A DNA stretch of 37,589 bases, taken from positions 28,881 to 66,469 of the forward strand of contig NW_025215139.1 in NCBI RefSeq assembly GCF_004010195.1, read 5' to 3'. A program made the position numbers and the translations under genes. Below are positions 1 to 11,199 of the stretch, one piece after another (the stretch's first letter is position 1; each line of letters opens with the position of its first letter). This DNA comes from Chiloscyllium plagiosum (taxonomy: Eukaryota). The notes beneath the pieces were generated by a model, which was given only the letters and a program-made list of their open reading frames with translations, ran no database searches and was not told where the DNA came from.

Positions 1-92
1 TGTTACTCCTCTGTTACTCCTGACTGGCTGTTCTTTTCCAGCGCAACATTCTTCGACCCTGATCACCAGGATCTGCAGTCCTCATTTTCTCC
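1..92. repeat. Arm of a Penelope-derived short repeat (same family as 4491-4694 and 34749-34950), cut by the window edge
   Basis: TTTTCCAGCGCAAC...ATCTGCAGTCCTCATTTTCTCC matches the terminal arm ...CCAGCATCTGCCGTGCTCACTTTCTCC at 4668-4694. Confidence 0.7.
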
Positions 93-348
93 ATTACTGA
101 GGGCTGTCTCCTCTGCACATTGAGCAGGGAAATAATCAGCAGAAAATCGTTGTATCTGGAGCTGACTGTTTAGTTCTGGAAAGTTGCATTTGATGAACAC
201 ATTTACTAAAAACGAAATTAAAATTCAACAAATATTCATTCATTCCCAGAGTTGCAGTTTTGGTTAATGAATTGGAAAGGTTGATAACGAACAGTGAATG
301 ACTGAAGAACTCCGAGATACAGAGTATTCCAGATGATTATATTTCAGG

Positions 349-1332
349 TTGGATGTGCTTTACCTTAATGCTGGTAATATTATCAGGCAGACAGATATGA
401 TAAGGAAACGAGGTGACATGTGGAAGTGTGACATTTTTGCCATTTCTGAGATGTGGTTGAGGGAGGTCAGGGCTGACAACTCAATATTCTGTGGTACCAG
501 AACTACAGTCAGGGCAGGAGTGGGGTTAAAAGAGGAGGTGGTGTTGCCTTATTAATTATGGAGTCAGTTACTGGCGTAAGAAGGGACAATATCTTGAAAC
601 GATCTTGTAAAGAGGCTTGTTGGTTAGAGTTCAGGATCAAAACCATGACAGTAACACTGCTAGGGACATATTATTAGACCCCCCAGATAAAGGAAAGTAA
701 GGGACCAGGTATATAACCAAGATATTGAAGTGTGTAAAAACAACAATAGGATCATTATATTCAGACATGTCAATTCCAAATATTCATTAGGTCAGTGATA
801 ACTTTTTTAAGCGGGGGCAGGTGTTTTGAAATTTATTCCAGAGAGCTTCTTATATTAACAGAGAGCAGATACAACAATGGGCAGTGCAGTGCTGGGCCTC
901 ACTGTGGGGACGAAGCCAGTCAGTTGTTCCAGGCAGAAGTGGGAGAGCATTATAGGACCAGTGACCGTGATATCACACATTTTGACTTTGCTGAGGAAAA
1001 GACCCAAAAAATGTTAGAAAAATAAACGCTTTTTGCATTGGGGAGACAGATTTTATGGAAAAAACGACAGGATCTGGCCAAAGTGCAGTTGCTTCTGGGT
1101 GAAACTGTAGCAGAACAAGTTGGGGTGGAGGTTGAGGGATCATTTGATTGAAATGGAATTGATGACAGTGTCGGCCCAGCATGTTACACCGATGATAAAA
1201 TTTAGGAAAACAAGCCCAGAAAACCTCAGATGTCGACACAAATTCCGAACAGGATGAAAAAGGAAAGAGAAACTTAAAGTAGGTACCAAGTGAGCAGGTC
1301 AATGCAAGTCCTAAAAGAATATGGAAAGTGTA
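349..1332 (+). mobile_element. Decayed CR1-clade LINE, ORF2 AP-endonuclease region (runs into the gap)
   Basis: Translation LYLNAGNI...CDIFAISEMWL resembles the CR1 EN N-terminus (YLNARS...DIIAITETWL); GEHYRTSDR resembles the GEHFGSSDH motif; many stops and frameshifts. Confidence 0.8.
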
Positions 1333-1981
1333 NNNNNNNNNNNNNNNNNNNNNNNNNNNNNNNNNNNNNNNNNNNNNNNNNNNNNNNNNNNNNNNNNNNN
1401 NNNNNNNNNNNNNNNNNNNNNNNNNNNNNNNNNNNNNNNNNNNNNNNNNNNNNNNNNNNNNNNNNNNNNNNNNNNNNNNNNNNNNNNNNNNNNNNNNNNN
1501 NNNNNNNNNNNNNNNNNNNNNNNNNNNNNNNNNNNNNNNNNNNNNNNNNNNNNNNNNNNNNNNNNNNNNNNNNNNNNNNNNNNNNNNNNNNNNNNNNNNN
1601 NNNNNNNNNNNNNNNNNNNNNNNNNNNNNNNNNNNNNNNNNNNNNNNNNNNNNNNNNNNNNNNNNNNNNNNNNNNNNNNNNNNNNNNNNNNNNNNNNNNN
1701 NNNNNNNNNNNNNNNNNNNNNNNNNNNNNNNNNNNNNNNNNNNNNNNNNNNNNNNNNNNNNNNNNNNNNNNNNNNNNNNNNNNNNNNNNNNNNNNNNNNN
1801 NNNNNNNNNNNNNNNNNNNNNNNNNNNNNNNNNNNNNNNNNNNNNNNNNNNNNNNNNNNNNNNNNNNNNNNNNNNNNNNNNNNNNNNNNNNNNNNNNNNN
1901 NNNNNNNNNNNNNNNNNNNNNNNNNNNNNNNNNNNNNNNNNNNNNNNNNNNNNNNNNNNNNNNNNNNNNNNNNNNNNNNNN
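1333..1981. other. Assembly gap (649 N)
   Basis: Run of N. Confidence 1.
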
Positions 1982-2163
1982 AAACTCAAATAAAGTTCTT
2001 TTAACTTTATTGTTACAGCAGTCGAGATGGCATTTAGGGCAGTCGCACTCTCCTCTTGTGGGATGTTACAGCTCAGGGAGATTTCCACCTGCCCTGATGG
2101 CTACACGTGTGGGCACTGCACCCAGCTTCAGCTCCTGGGAGACCGTGCTAGGGAGCTGAAGCT

Positions 2164-2442
2164 GGGCATCACGTTGGCTAAGTAGTTAGCACTGCTGCCT
2201 CAGCACCAGGGACCAGGGTTTTGTGTAGAGTTTGCACATTCTCGCCGTGTCTGCATGAGTTTCCTCTGGGTGCTGCGGTTTCCGCCCACAGTCCAAAGTT
2301 GTGCAGGTTAGGTGAAATGTCATGCTAAATTACCTGCAGTGTTGCGTGTCGGGGAGTGGGTCTGGTTGGGCTGCTCTTCAGTGGGTCGGTACGGACTTGT
2401 TGGGTCAAAGGGCCTGTTTACACACTGTAGTAATCTAATCTA
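2164..2442 (+). mobile_element. HE1-type V-SINE inserted in CR1 ORF1
   Basis: tRNA-like head (TAGTTAGCACTGCTGCCTCA), V-domain (GAGTTTGCACATTCTC...GTGTCTGCATGAGTTTCCTC), tail GGGCCTGTTTACACACTGTAGTAATCTAATCTA. Confidence 0.9.
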
Positions 2443-4490
2443 GAATGCACTCAGGATAATCCGAGATACTGACCGAGATAATGACTGTAATATTCCAGTC
2501 CAACGTTCATCGCCCTGAGTTTACCTGTCAATCCTGTTGTATTTTAATAAATAGAATTTAATCCAACAGGCGTTCCTTGCTTCCTGTCATGTTCCAGGCA
2601 GAGAGGACTGGCAAAGGGAGTGCAGGAATCCCCTGTAGCCATTCCCCTCGAAAACAAGTAGACCATTTTGGATTGTTGGGAGCTATGACCGTTCAGGGGA
2701 AAGCAGCAGTAGCCAGTTGGTGGTACTACCTCTGGCTCTGGGGACAGCGGGAAAGGTAAAGGTAAACAGGCCGTTAAATATAGGAGGTTCGATTGTTAGT
2801 GGGAAAGATCAGAGATTCTGTGATCACAAACGGGAATCCAGGATGGTGCGTTACTTCCCAGGTGCTGGGGTCCAGCATGTCTCCAAGTGGGAGGGGAAGG
2901 GGTAGCAATCGGAAATCATTATACACGTTGGCACAAATGATACCCGTAGAAATAGGGACCAGGTCCTGCAGCGTGATTACAGAGAGCTAGGAGAATTGTT
3001 TTTTTTTTAAAAAAAGCCTTGACAGTGATAATCTCCTGAGAGGAAGATTACCGTCTGAGACATGCACTGGAGGGGTCACCAATATTTTGCCGGCCAGTTT
3101 TACTAGGGTTACAAGGGAGGGTTTAAACTAGATTGGCAGGTGGTGGTATCCTCAAGAGCTGGGACTGGGATATTATATCCATTACAGAAACATGGCTAAG
3201 TGATGGATAGGACTGACAGCTTAATGTGCTAGGGAACAAGTGCTTTAGGTGAGACAGAGATGGTGGAAGGAGGGGAGGGGGAGTTGCATTTCTGATTAAG
3301 GGGAGTACCACAGCAGTAATTAGAGATAAAATAACTCACGGACCATCCAGTGAGGATTTGAAGGTGGAGTTAAGAAATAGGAATGGAATGGTGAGGTGAT
3401 TGAGGTTGTAATATAGGCCCCCAACGAGTCAACAGGCATGAGAGTAACAAACATGCAGGGAGACAGGGGAGACCTGCGGGAGCAATAGGGTTATCATAAT
3501 AGGGGATTTTTTTTTCTAATACAGACTGGGGCAGCCAGAGTGTTAAGTGATTTGATGAGGTAGAATCTGTTAAATGCGTCAGGAAAGTTTCCTCAAGCAG
3601 GGGCAAAATTCGAAATTTTCTTAGTAAATAGGGTATGACCGGTGACTGAGCTAATAGTGGGGGAGCACTTTGGGACGACTAACCATAGTTCTATTAATTT
3701 TCAAATAATTATGGATAAGAACAAAACTGGTCCTCAGGTTCATGTTCGAACTTGGGGAGTGGCTCAGGTACAGGCAGCTGCGATCAAGGGAATCCCTGGA
3801 GATATATAAGAGATACAGGAGTTTACTGAAGAAGGAAATCAGTAGGGTGAAACGGGGGCAAGAAAGAGCCTTGGCGGAGAAAATTAGGATGAATCCAAAA
3901 AGGTACTTTAAATATATTAAAAGAAAACAAAACCTCAAAGACCAATTTGGACAAGTATGTATGGAACTATCAGAGTTGATTGAAGTCCTCAACGAATATA
4001 TCTACTCTATATTAACCATGGAGAAAGACATGATGACTTGAGAACTTGAGGAATTTAGTAGTGATATTTTAGGGACAATCCATATCATAGTAGAGGAGAT
4101 TTTGGACGTACTGGAATGTTTGAAAGTTGATAAATCTCATGGTCCTTATCCGATATATCCAAGAACACCTTAAGGGGCTCCAGAAGAATTTGCGGAGACC
4201 CTGGCTTATAATGTTGATCATCATTAAAGTAATGTCGCAGAAGACTGGAGGATAGAAAATATTGTGCCCTTATTCAAGAAGAACTGAACAAAAAAAGCCT
4301 TGGAACTACAGATCAGTAGGTAAGTTATTTGAGAAGGTTCTGAGGGACAAGATGTACATGCATTTAGAAAGACAGGCTTTGATGATGAATAGTAAGTGTG
4401 GCTTTATGCAAGGAAGTTTATGCCTGACAATTTTCTTAAAGTAATTGGATAATGTGACCAGGAAGATTGACTTGGATGGGGCAGTAGATG

Positions 4491-4694
4491 TCGAAACATG
4501 TGGTGTTGGAAAAGGGCAGCAGGTCAGGCAGCATTCGAGGGGCAGGAGATTCTATGTTTCGGACATAGACCCTTCATCAGGAACGTCCAAAACATCGATT
4601 CTCCTGTTCCTCTGATGCTGCCTGACCTGCCGTGTTTTTCCAATGCTACACTTTTCGACACTGAACTCCAGCATCTGCCGTGCTCACTTTCTCC
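4491..4694. mobile_element. Short palindromic Penelope-derived insert with a minimal hammerhead core on the minus strand (4549-4584)
   Basis: Inverted arms of about 75 bp (4491-4565 and 4585-4659); minus strand reads GTTC-CTGATGA-AGGGTCTATGTCC-GAAA-CATA-GAAT; flanked by imperfect duplication GGGCAGTAGATGT / GGGCGGTAGGTTT. Confidence 0.75.
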
Positions 4695-4729
4695 AAGGGC
4701 GGTAGGTTTAGTCAATATGGATTTCAGTT

Positions 4730-5450
4730 ACAGCAGAACAGAATGAGGCTTTCTAGCCCCTGGAGCCTGATATACAATTACTGGAGGAGGCCAATAAGTC
4801 CCTAGGGAAACCAGGCTACATAGCCCCTCAGACCTGCCCTTCTATTCAGTAAGTCAGGGCTGATCTGCACTCGGCAACAATTTCTCTTTCATGCCCAATC
4901 CTTTGTCGCCCTCGACTTTCAGTCGGGTCAAAATCCATTGACACCCACTCGCACACCCCAAACATTTCCGTGATGTAGCCTCCCCTAACCGCCTGGTTCC
5001 AACCGTCACTACCCCCGGAGAGAAGGAAACACTCCCCACACATATACCTTGGCTTATTGACATGGATAGAAGATATGAACACATCGTAAAGTGACTGGCC
5101 CTGAAATAAAGACAGGATTTGATAAAGCAAGATGTCAAGGAGACTGAACAAAATCGAACTTGATGGGAATCAGTTGCAAACTCCCCACTGGTTGGATCAT
5201 TAAGAACACAATGGGGCTGGTGGACATCAATCCTCCCAGTCCCTAGATATCTCTGTGGGAAATCCTCAGGGGAGCTTCGTTGGCACAATTATTTTCAGCT
5301 GCTTCATCAATGTCTTTCTCTCTGTCATACGATCAGAGGTGGAGATGTTCTGTGAAAATTATACAATGTTCAGAAAAATGAGTAATCTCCTAAGGTACTA
5401 AAGTATCAAATCTGAACAACATTCAAGCTTGTGCTGTTAATGTATAGAGA
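4730..5450. repeat. CR1-type 3' tail (minus, about 4730-5030) fused to an L2/CR1-type RT fragment (plus, about 5040-5450)
   Basis: GGAAATCCTCAGGGGAGCTTCGTTGGCACAATTATTTTCAGCTGCTTCATCAATG is a decayed GVPQGSVLGPTIFSCFIND motif; the same composite recurs at 36850-37589. Confidence 0.7.
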
Positions 5451-5639
5451 ACATTAATCAAAAGCACTGCTGGCCACTAAACATTCCCACGGTTCAAAGA
5501 AAGAGGAACCCCTTCAGCATCTCTAGCTGGTTTCACAGTAATATAAGAAAGCCATTCAGCCCATCAGATCCAATGGCTAACAAGAGGCGCAATGCATTCA
5601 CTCACTCCTGCCTATTACACAAGAAGACAATTTAAAATA

Positions 5640-6402
5640 AAAACAGGTGTTGGAATCCAAAATACACACGCAGGAAGCTGGAAGAACAGAATAAGCAAGG
5701 CAGCATCAAGACGTTGAGAAGTGAACGCTTTGGATATAACCCATCGTCAGGGCTGTGGATGGCAGTAAGGGGGTCTATAGATAAAGTGGCGGGTGAGGGA
5801 GGAGGAGGCAGAGTGGCGAGGTGGGGTATAAGTGAACACAGATAAAGGGTATCAGCGAGTTGTTGATGGGAGTGCTGAATCCAGTTGGTAGCTGGTCAAA
5901 AGGTTGCTCAGAGGAATGGAAGGGAGGGGAGGGCTTGGGAAGGGAGTCGGGGGATTGGAAGGGAGGTTATTTGAAATTGGAGAATTCAATGTTGAGTTCC
6001 CGGGTTGTAGGCTGCACAGGTGACAGATGAGATCTTGTTCCTCCAGATTATGATTTGGTTCATTGTGGCAATGGAGGAGGCCAAGGATGGCTATGTCGGA
6101 AAGGGATTGGGAAAGAGAATTGAAATAGGAAGTGACTGGGATGGCTTCCATTCCACCTAACGACCCTACCTTTCAGCTCCCAACCGGATTCATCACTCCC
6201 ATCGCCCAACCAGGTTGTACCCACCACTTGTGTCCACATAGCCGTAACTCACCATCCCCCGATCTCCCCACCCCAACCACTCCCTTCCCTCTTTATCTGC
6301 AGCTCTTCCTACCCCCAACCCAGTTCTGAAGGACAGTTATACCTGAAATGTTGACTTTCACAGCTCATGATGCTGCCCGGCTTGCTGTGTTCTTCCTGTT
6401 TG
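5640..6402 (-). mobile_element. 5'-truncated Penelope-like element: GIY-YIG endonuclease C-terminus with pLTR and an inverted pLTR copy
   Basis: ORF 5852-6151 FNSLSQSLSDIAILGLLHCHNEPNHNLEEQDLICHL resembles the PLE GIY-YIG end (HFNSPSHS..MSILGLLHC...LEEQHLIFRL); 6140-6402 is an inverted copy of about 5670-5950; degenerate hammerhead cores near 5728-5750 (-) and 6326-6350 (+). Confidence 0.8.
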
Positions 6403-6773
6403 TCTCCGATAACTCAGGAAGTTAGAGTCTAGTTAGCACAACGTGCTGGTAGGCAGAAACCATGGGTTGCCCACTGAAGTCCTTGAACCTCTGCCCTCGG
6501 GCCAGACATTCAGTCCCTCGAGACACTGACACATGAACAGAAGAGGCCATTCAGCCACTCCAAACTGTTACACTGAAATAGGAGGATTTCATTGTTGCTG
6601 CAACACGACAAACCAATGAGGCACAGACTGCACAGACAGACTGCTCCACATTGTTCTTCCTGGCTCCATTGCTAATGGTACACACGTGTTATGTTAACGT
6701 GGTTTGCTGACCATGAGGAGGGAAAGTGATTGGTTTGAACCAAGTCCCAAGGAGGCACCTTCCATCTCCGAGA

Positions 6774-7412
6774 TGTTACGGACTAGGCTAGAACAATCAA
6801 AACGCTTTTAAGCAGGCAGCCCAGCGCATACCTTTGCAATTTGTTTCGGTAAGTGTACAGTGAAAATTACCCAGAGTAATTTAGCTAGGTTGACTACTAG
6901 ATTTTAAAACAGACAAAAACTTTCTTCATAAAATTACACAATGAAACACTGAACAGAATAAAGAATCACGACAGAATTCAACCTATTCAGCTAGACTTAA
7001 TTATGCTGTTCCGAGCTTAAACAACTGTCCCAATAAGCAAACTCCCAATATAAACCAGTATAAATGGAACACAAACTTAAAGGTTGAAGTTGAAGGTCAG
7101 AAAAGAGAGTTTCCACACAGCTCCCAGTTGAACTTCCCAGTTCAAGACTCAACTGAAAACTGTACAGCTCAGCGAGTTCAGCTAAAATAGCTCACCACTC
7201 TCCGTTCATTATACTGGCCACTTATAAAGCATGACCACTTTGGCCTGAAGTCTCATCTGTTTCCAGAAAAACAAAAGGCCTCTGAAAATCCTTTTCATCT
7301 CTGTACCAGCTTGGCCCCGTTTTATTGTAACTCTGAAAAAAAAACAAGGACAGAGTCTCCTTGAGCCAAGGAACAGCTTTCAGACAAAAAAAAATGGACT
7401 TGCTTTGTGACA
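6774..7412 (-). repeat. 3' LTR (639 bp)
   Basis: TGTTACGG...TTTGTGACA on the plus strand; aligns end to end with 12797-13461 (shared block TTCCACACAGCTCCCAGTTGAACTTCCCAGTTCAAGACT). Confidence 0.92.
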
Positions 7413-7428
7413 TGTCTCTCCAATCCCT
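7413..7428 (-). other. Putative polypurine tract
   Basis: Minus strand AGGGATTGGAGAGACA abuts the 3' LTR and is preceded by a T run. Confidence 0.55.
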
Positions 7429-8633
7429 GAAAAAAAAGAACCACCGATGCTAAAAGATGGCTGCATTTTTAACCCTTCAAACCCAGATAGTAGTCTCAAA
7501 ACAGACAGATACACTATACTAACCGTAAACATTCAAATATGCACAAACCCCACGCAAATTCAGGCGGCAGTATACCCAACACCGAACACCTCCGTATCTC
7601 ATTCAAGTCTCAATAAGTCATCAGCTTTCTCGTTTCACAACCTGCCGCATGCACAATTGTCAGGGTGAATGGCTGCAACAACAAGCTCCATCTAAACAGT
7701 CTGGTATTTTTTACCTTATTTTTTTCCACAAATGTCAATGTGTTGTGATCAGTGTATACGATTGTCTCAGATGCATTGCTGGTAATATAAACACAGTTAT
7801 GGTGTAATGCCAACACCAAGTTTAAAGTCTTTTTCTCAACCGTTGAACATTTCTGCTGATGAACGTTCGACTTCCCAGAAAAATACCCGATGGGTCTTTC
7901 TATTCCCTCATCATCCTCCAACACCGGACCAACACCCACATCACTGGCATCGATAGCCACCTTGATAGTCTTCGAGTAACCTAGTGTAGCTAATACTGGG
8001 GCAGTGATTAACACTGTTTTTAGGCTGTAAAATGCCTTTTTACAGTCCTCTGTCCTCTGTCCTCTGTTCTTGCCCTTGACAATTTGGTGAGTGGAGCAGC
8101 CACACGGCTTAAAATTTGGCACAAACGTTCGGTAAAATCCTGGCAATCCCAGAAACCGTAGCACTGCATATTTCTTTTTGTCGACGATGTGAAACATTCC
8201 CCAAGTACTTTCGTTTTTGTATCTCATGGGGCCATTTGTCCATGCCCAATAACGTGACCCAGGAAGGTTACTTGGGCTTTCTCAAATTCACTTTTAGCTC
8301 GGTTTACCACCAAGTTGATCGCACAAGTCCGATAAATGCTGTAAATGTTCCTTCCATGAGTGACTAAAAACCACCAGGTCATCAATGTACACCACATAGT
8401 TGGGTAATACGGCAATGACCTTATTATCAGCCTCTGAAATGTGGTTGGATTGTTTTACATACCAAATACCACAACATTGAACTGATATAGTCCATTTGGC
8501 GTTATGAAAGCCGAAATTGCCTTTTATCTCTCTGACAATTGTCCGTACCAGTAGCCTCTGAGCAAATCCAACTTAGAAATGTAAATAGCTTCTCCCACTT
8601 TTTCGAACAATTCTCCAAGCATGGAATTGGATA

Positions 8634-8949
8634 GATTAGATTACTTACAGTGTGGAAACAGGCCCTTCGGCCCAACAAGTCCACACCGACCCGCCGAAGC
8701 GTAACCAACCCAGACCCATTCTCCTACATTTATCCCTTCACCTAACACTACGGGCAATTTAGCGTGGCCAATTCACCTAACCTGCACATTTTTGGATTGT
8801 TGGAGGAAACCGGACCACCCGGAGGAAACCCACGCAGACACGGGGAGAATGTGCAAACTCCACACAGAGAGTCGCCTGAGGCGGGAATTGAACCCGGGTC
8901 TCTGGCGCTGTGAAGCAGCAGTGCTAACCACTGTGCTACCGTGCCGCCC
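8634..8949 (-). mobile_element. HE1-type V-SINE, young (downstream monomer of the dimer)
   Basis: Minus strand GGGCGGCACGGTAGCACAGTGGTTAGCAC (A box), GGTTCAATTCCC (B box), V-domain, tail CTGTAAGTAATCTAATC; CpGs retained. Confidence 0.95.
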
Positions 8950-8980
8950 ACAGACGTTTGGGGAGGCTCACCTCGACGCT

Positions 8981-9292
8981 TAGATTAGATTACTTTACAG
9001 TGTGGAAACAGGCCCTTCGGCCCAACAAGTCCACACCGACCCGCCGAAGCGTAACCCACCCATACCCCTACATTTACCCCTTACCTAACACTACGGGCAA
9101 TTTAGCATGGCCAATTCACCTGACCTGCACATCTTTGGACTGTGGGAGGAAACCGGAGCACCCGGAGGAAACCCACGCAGACACGGGGAGAACCTGCAAA
9201 CTCCACACAGTCAGTCGCCTGAGGCGGGAATTGAACCCGGGTCTCTGGCGCTGCAAGGCAGCAGTGCTAACCACTGTGCCACCGTGCCGCCC
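8981..9292 (-). mobile_element. HE1-type V-SINE, young (upstream monomer of the dimer)
   Basis: Same structure as 8634-8949 and highly similar to it. Confidence 0.95.
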
Positions 9293-9779
9293 AATGTTAA
9301 TTGGATATGCATCAGTCTTTGTAACGGCATTGACTTTGTAATAGTCCAGACCTGACCGTTGGATACCATCTGGCTTTGGCACCATGACTATATGTGAAAG
9401 CCAGTCACTGTAACTCTATTCGATTATGACCTCTTGGAGTGTGCACTCTATCTCCTTCTGAACCTGTGCCAATTTTGGAGAGTCGTGCCTATAAGGATGT
9501 TGCTTATACAGAACAGCATCTCCTGTACTTATATCATGCACAATTATGTTCGTACTTCCCAGTTTATTTCCGCATATCTCTCCACAAGATAGTAATAACT
9601 CTTTCAGATCACTTTTCTTTTCTTGTGGAAGGTAACCCAATAATTTATCCCAATTTTTGAAAACTTTCTCATTGTTTAATTTGATTTGAGGAATGTCCAA
9701 TTCAGAATCCTCTGAACTTGGTTCTTCCTTCTGTGCTGTAATCATGAACACCTTCTGCTCTTGCTTTCTTTCCTTATCA

Positions 9780-10996
9780 AAATATCTTTTGACCACATTC
9801 TTATGACACACTCTGTGAGATCTCATCCTGTCTGGAGTCCGTATCAAATAATTCACCTCATTCAATTTCTTCCCAATTTGATAAGGTACACTAAAACTTG
9901 CTTTTCAAGGCTCAACTGTTACTGGAAGTAACACCAATACTTTAATCCCAATTGCAAAATCGCCAATTTACGGTTTCTGATCCACTTCCTGTTTCATTGT
10001 ATATTGCGATACTTTTAAATGCTGTCTACCCAACTCTCCAGCTCTATTCAATCGTTTCCTGAAATTTGACACATCGTCCAAATGGGTGGTCTCTGAATTC
10101 TGACTTATTAATTTCTCCTTAACCAATGGTAATGGCCTTTTTACTTTATGCCCACAAATTAATTTAAATAGACCGAATTTGGTCGATTCATTCTGTGCAT
10201 CTGTGATCACAAATAGTTCAAAAGGAATTTCCTTATCGCAATCATCTGGATAAGCCTGACCGTAAAACCTCAACATGGTCTTCAGTGTTTGATGCCATAT
10301 CTCTCATGCTCTCTGTGATAACGATTAGTACGCAGTAGATTTGAATTGTTTTATTACCAAGCTATCTATCATCTCCTTGAATAGTTCGGATGTGAGGTTT
10401 GATCTGTCTGGATCTCTATTGGTAGTCCGTAACTAGTAAAAGAAAATCATTTTTTCTACAACGCTTTAAGCTGTGATGCTGCCTAATGGGTCTGCCCCTG
10501 GAAATCTACTCGACACATTCATGATTGTTAATAAATACTAATTCCCACTTTTTGTTTGAGGTAGGGGACCTATACAATCTACCAAGAATCTAGTGAAAGT
10601 TTCCTCAAATGCTGGAATACGTATTAAAGTTGCAGGTTTTATTCCTGCCTGTGTGACATGTATGAGACGTCTGGCAAGATTCAAATATATCTTGTGTAGT
10701 TCAGGCCAGGGAAAGTGTCTTTGTATTCCAGTCTGTAGTGTCCTAACCCCGAAGTAATCTCCAAGTGGTAGCTCATGTGCCACTCGCAGCACTTCCTTTC
10801 TATACCCAACAGGAAACACAATTTGAAGAATTTCTGTCCACGCCTGATCTGCTTCAATGAGTGCTGATCTCCATATCCGCATTAAGACATCATTTGTTAA
10901 GTAATAACACACAGGAATGCATTCATTCTCTTTCTTGCTAAATGTCTTTTGATATGACTTTTGTAACTCCTCATCTTTCTGCTGTAATTCAATCAC
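9780..10996 (-). pseudogene. pol: pol: integrase (zinc-binding, DDE core and GPY/F region), located upstream of RT
   Basis: LRVAHELPLGDYFGV...RHFPWP; EETFTRFLVDCIGPLPQTKSGN; GLPIEIQTD; HQTLKTML; FKLICGHKVKRP; PYQI...NEVNYLI...RVCHKNVVKRY. Confidence 0.88.
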
Positions 10997-11199
10997 CTAA
11001 GCAGAACAAAAATATTTTCATGTTTTCATACTTGCTCCTTCTGTTCCACTTATCTGGTCAAAAAGAAACTTTCGGATAACTCTACGTCAGCTTCCTTATC
11101 TGTGCCTTTATCCTGCTTCAAACTTCTGATCACGCAATCAGGGGAAATTCCTGGATAAACATTCTCCAGGTCTTCAGTTGCCTGCATCTCCACTGGCTT

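Larger units (their letters stand above)
1982..4727 (+). mobile_element. Decayed CR1 LINE retaining ORF1 (zinc-finger/leucine-zipper plus SGNH esterase) and ORF2 (EN and N-terminal RT); interrupted by a SINE and a Penelope-derived hairpin
   Basis: ATG at 2027 reads MAFRAVALSSCGMLQLREISTCPDGYTCGHCTQLQLLGDRARELKL; NIGGSIVSGKDQRFC..RMVRYFPGAGV resembles the GDSIVRG esterase block; ITETWL near 3181; KSHGPY; PWNYRS; KCGFMQGSLCLT; GAVD...VNMDFS at 4479-4727. Confidence 0.85.
7610..9620 (-). pseudogene. pol: pol: reverse transcriptase and RNase H (disrupted, split by the SINE dimer)
   Basis: KQHPYR; MVPKPDG..LDYYKVNAVTKTDAYPI|YPIPCLE; LDLLRGYW; YIDD at 8389-8378; VTFLGHVIG; LRFLGLPGFYRTFVPNF; IDASDVGVG; YTDHN; RLFRWSLLLQ. 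Pol ends after RNase H with no downstream integrase. Confidence 0.9.

Noticed and set aside
101..128. TGTCTCCTCTGCACATTGAGC resembling part of the promoter module
   Set aside because: The match is too short, with no TATA, CATGG or ACCCAGA blocks.
973..2159. Long ORFs of 221-371 aa in the ORF track
   Set aside because: Artefacts of reading through the N gap.
8870..8949. tRNA-like sequence with A and B boxes (also 9215-9292 and 24941-25005)
   Set aside because: SINE heads continuing into the V-domain and LINE-like tail; not stand-alone tRNA genes.
8748..9385. Overlapping ORFs such as MGGTVAQWLALL and MANSPDLHIFGLWEETGAPGG (also at 24803-25262 and 35669-36175)
   Set aside because: Translations of HE1 SINEs, not genes.
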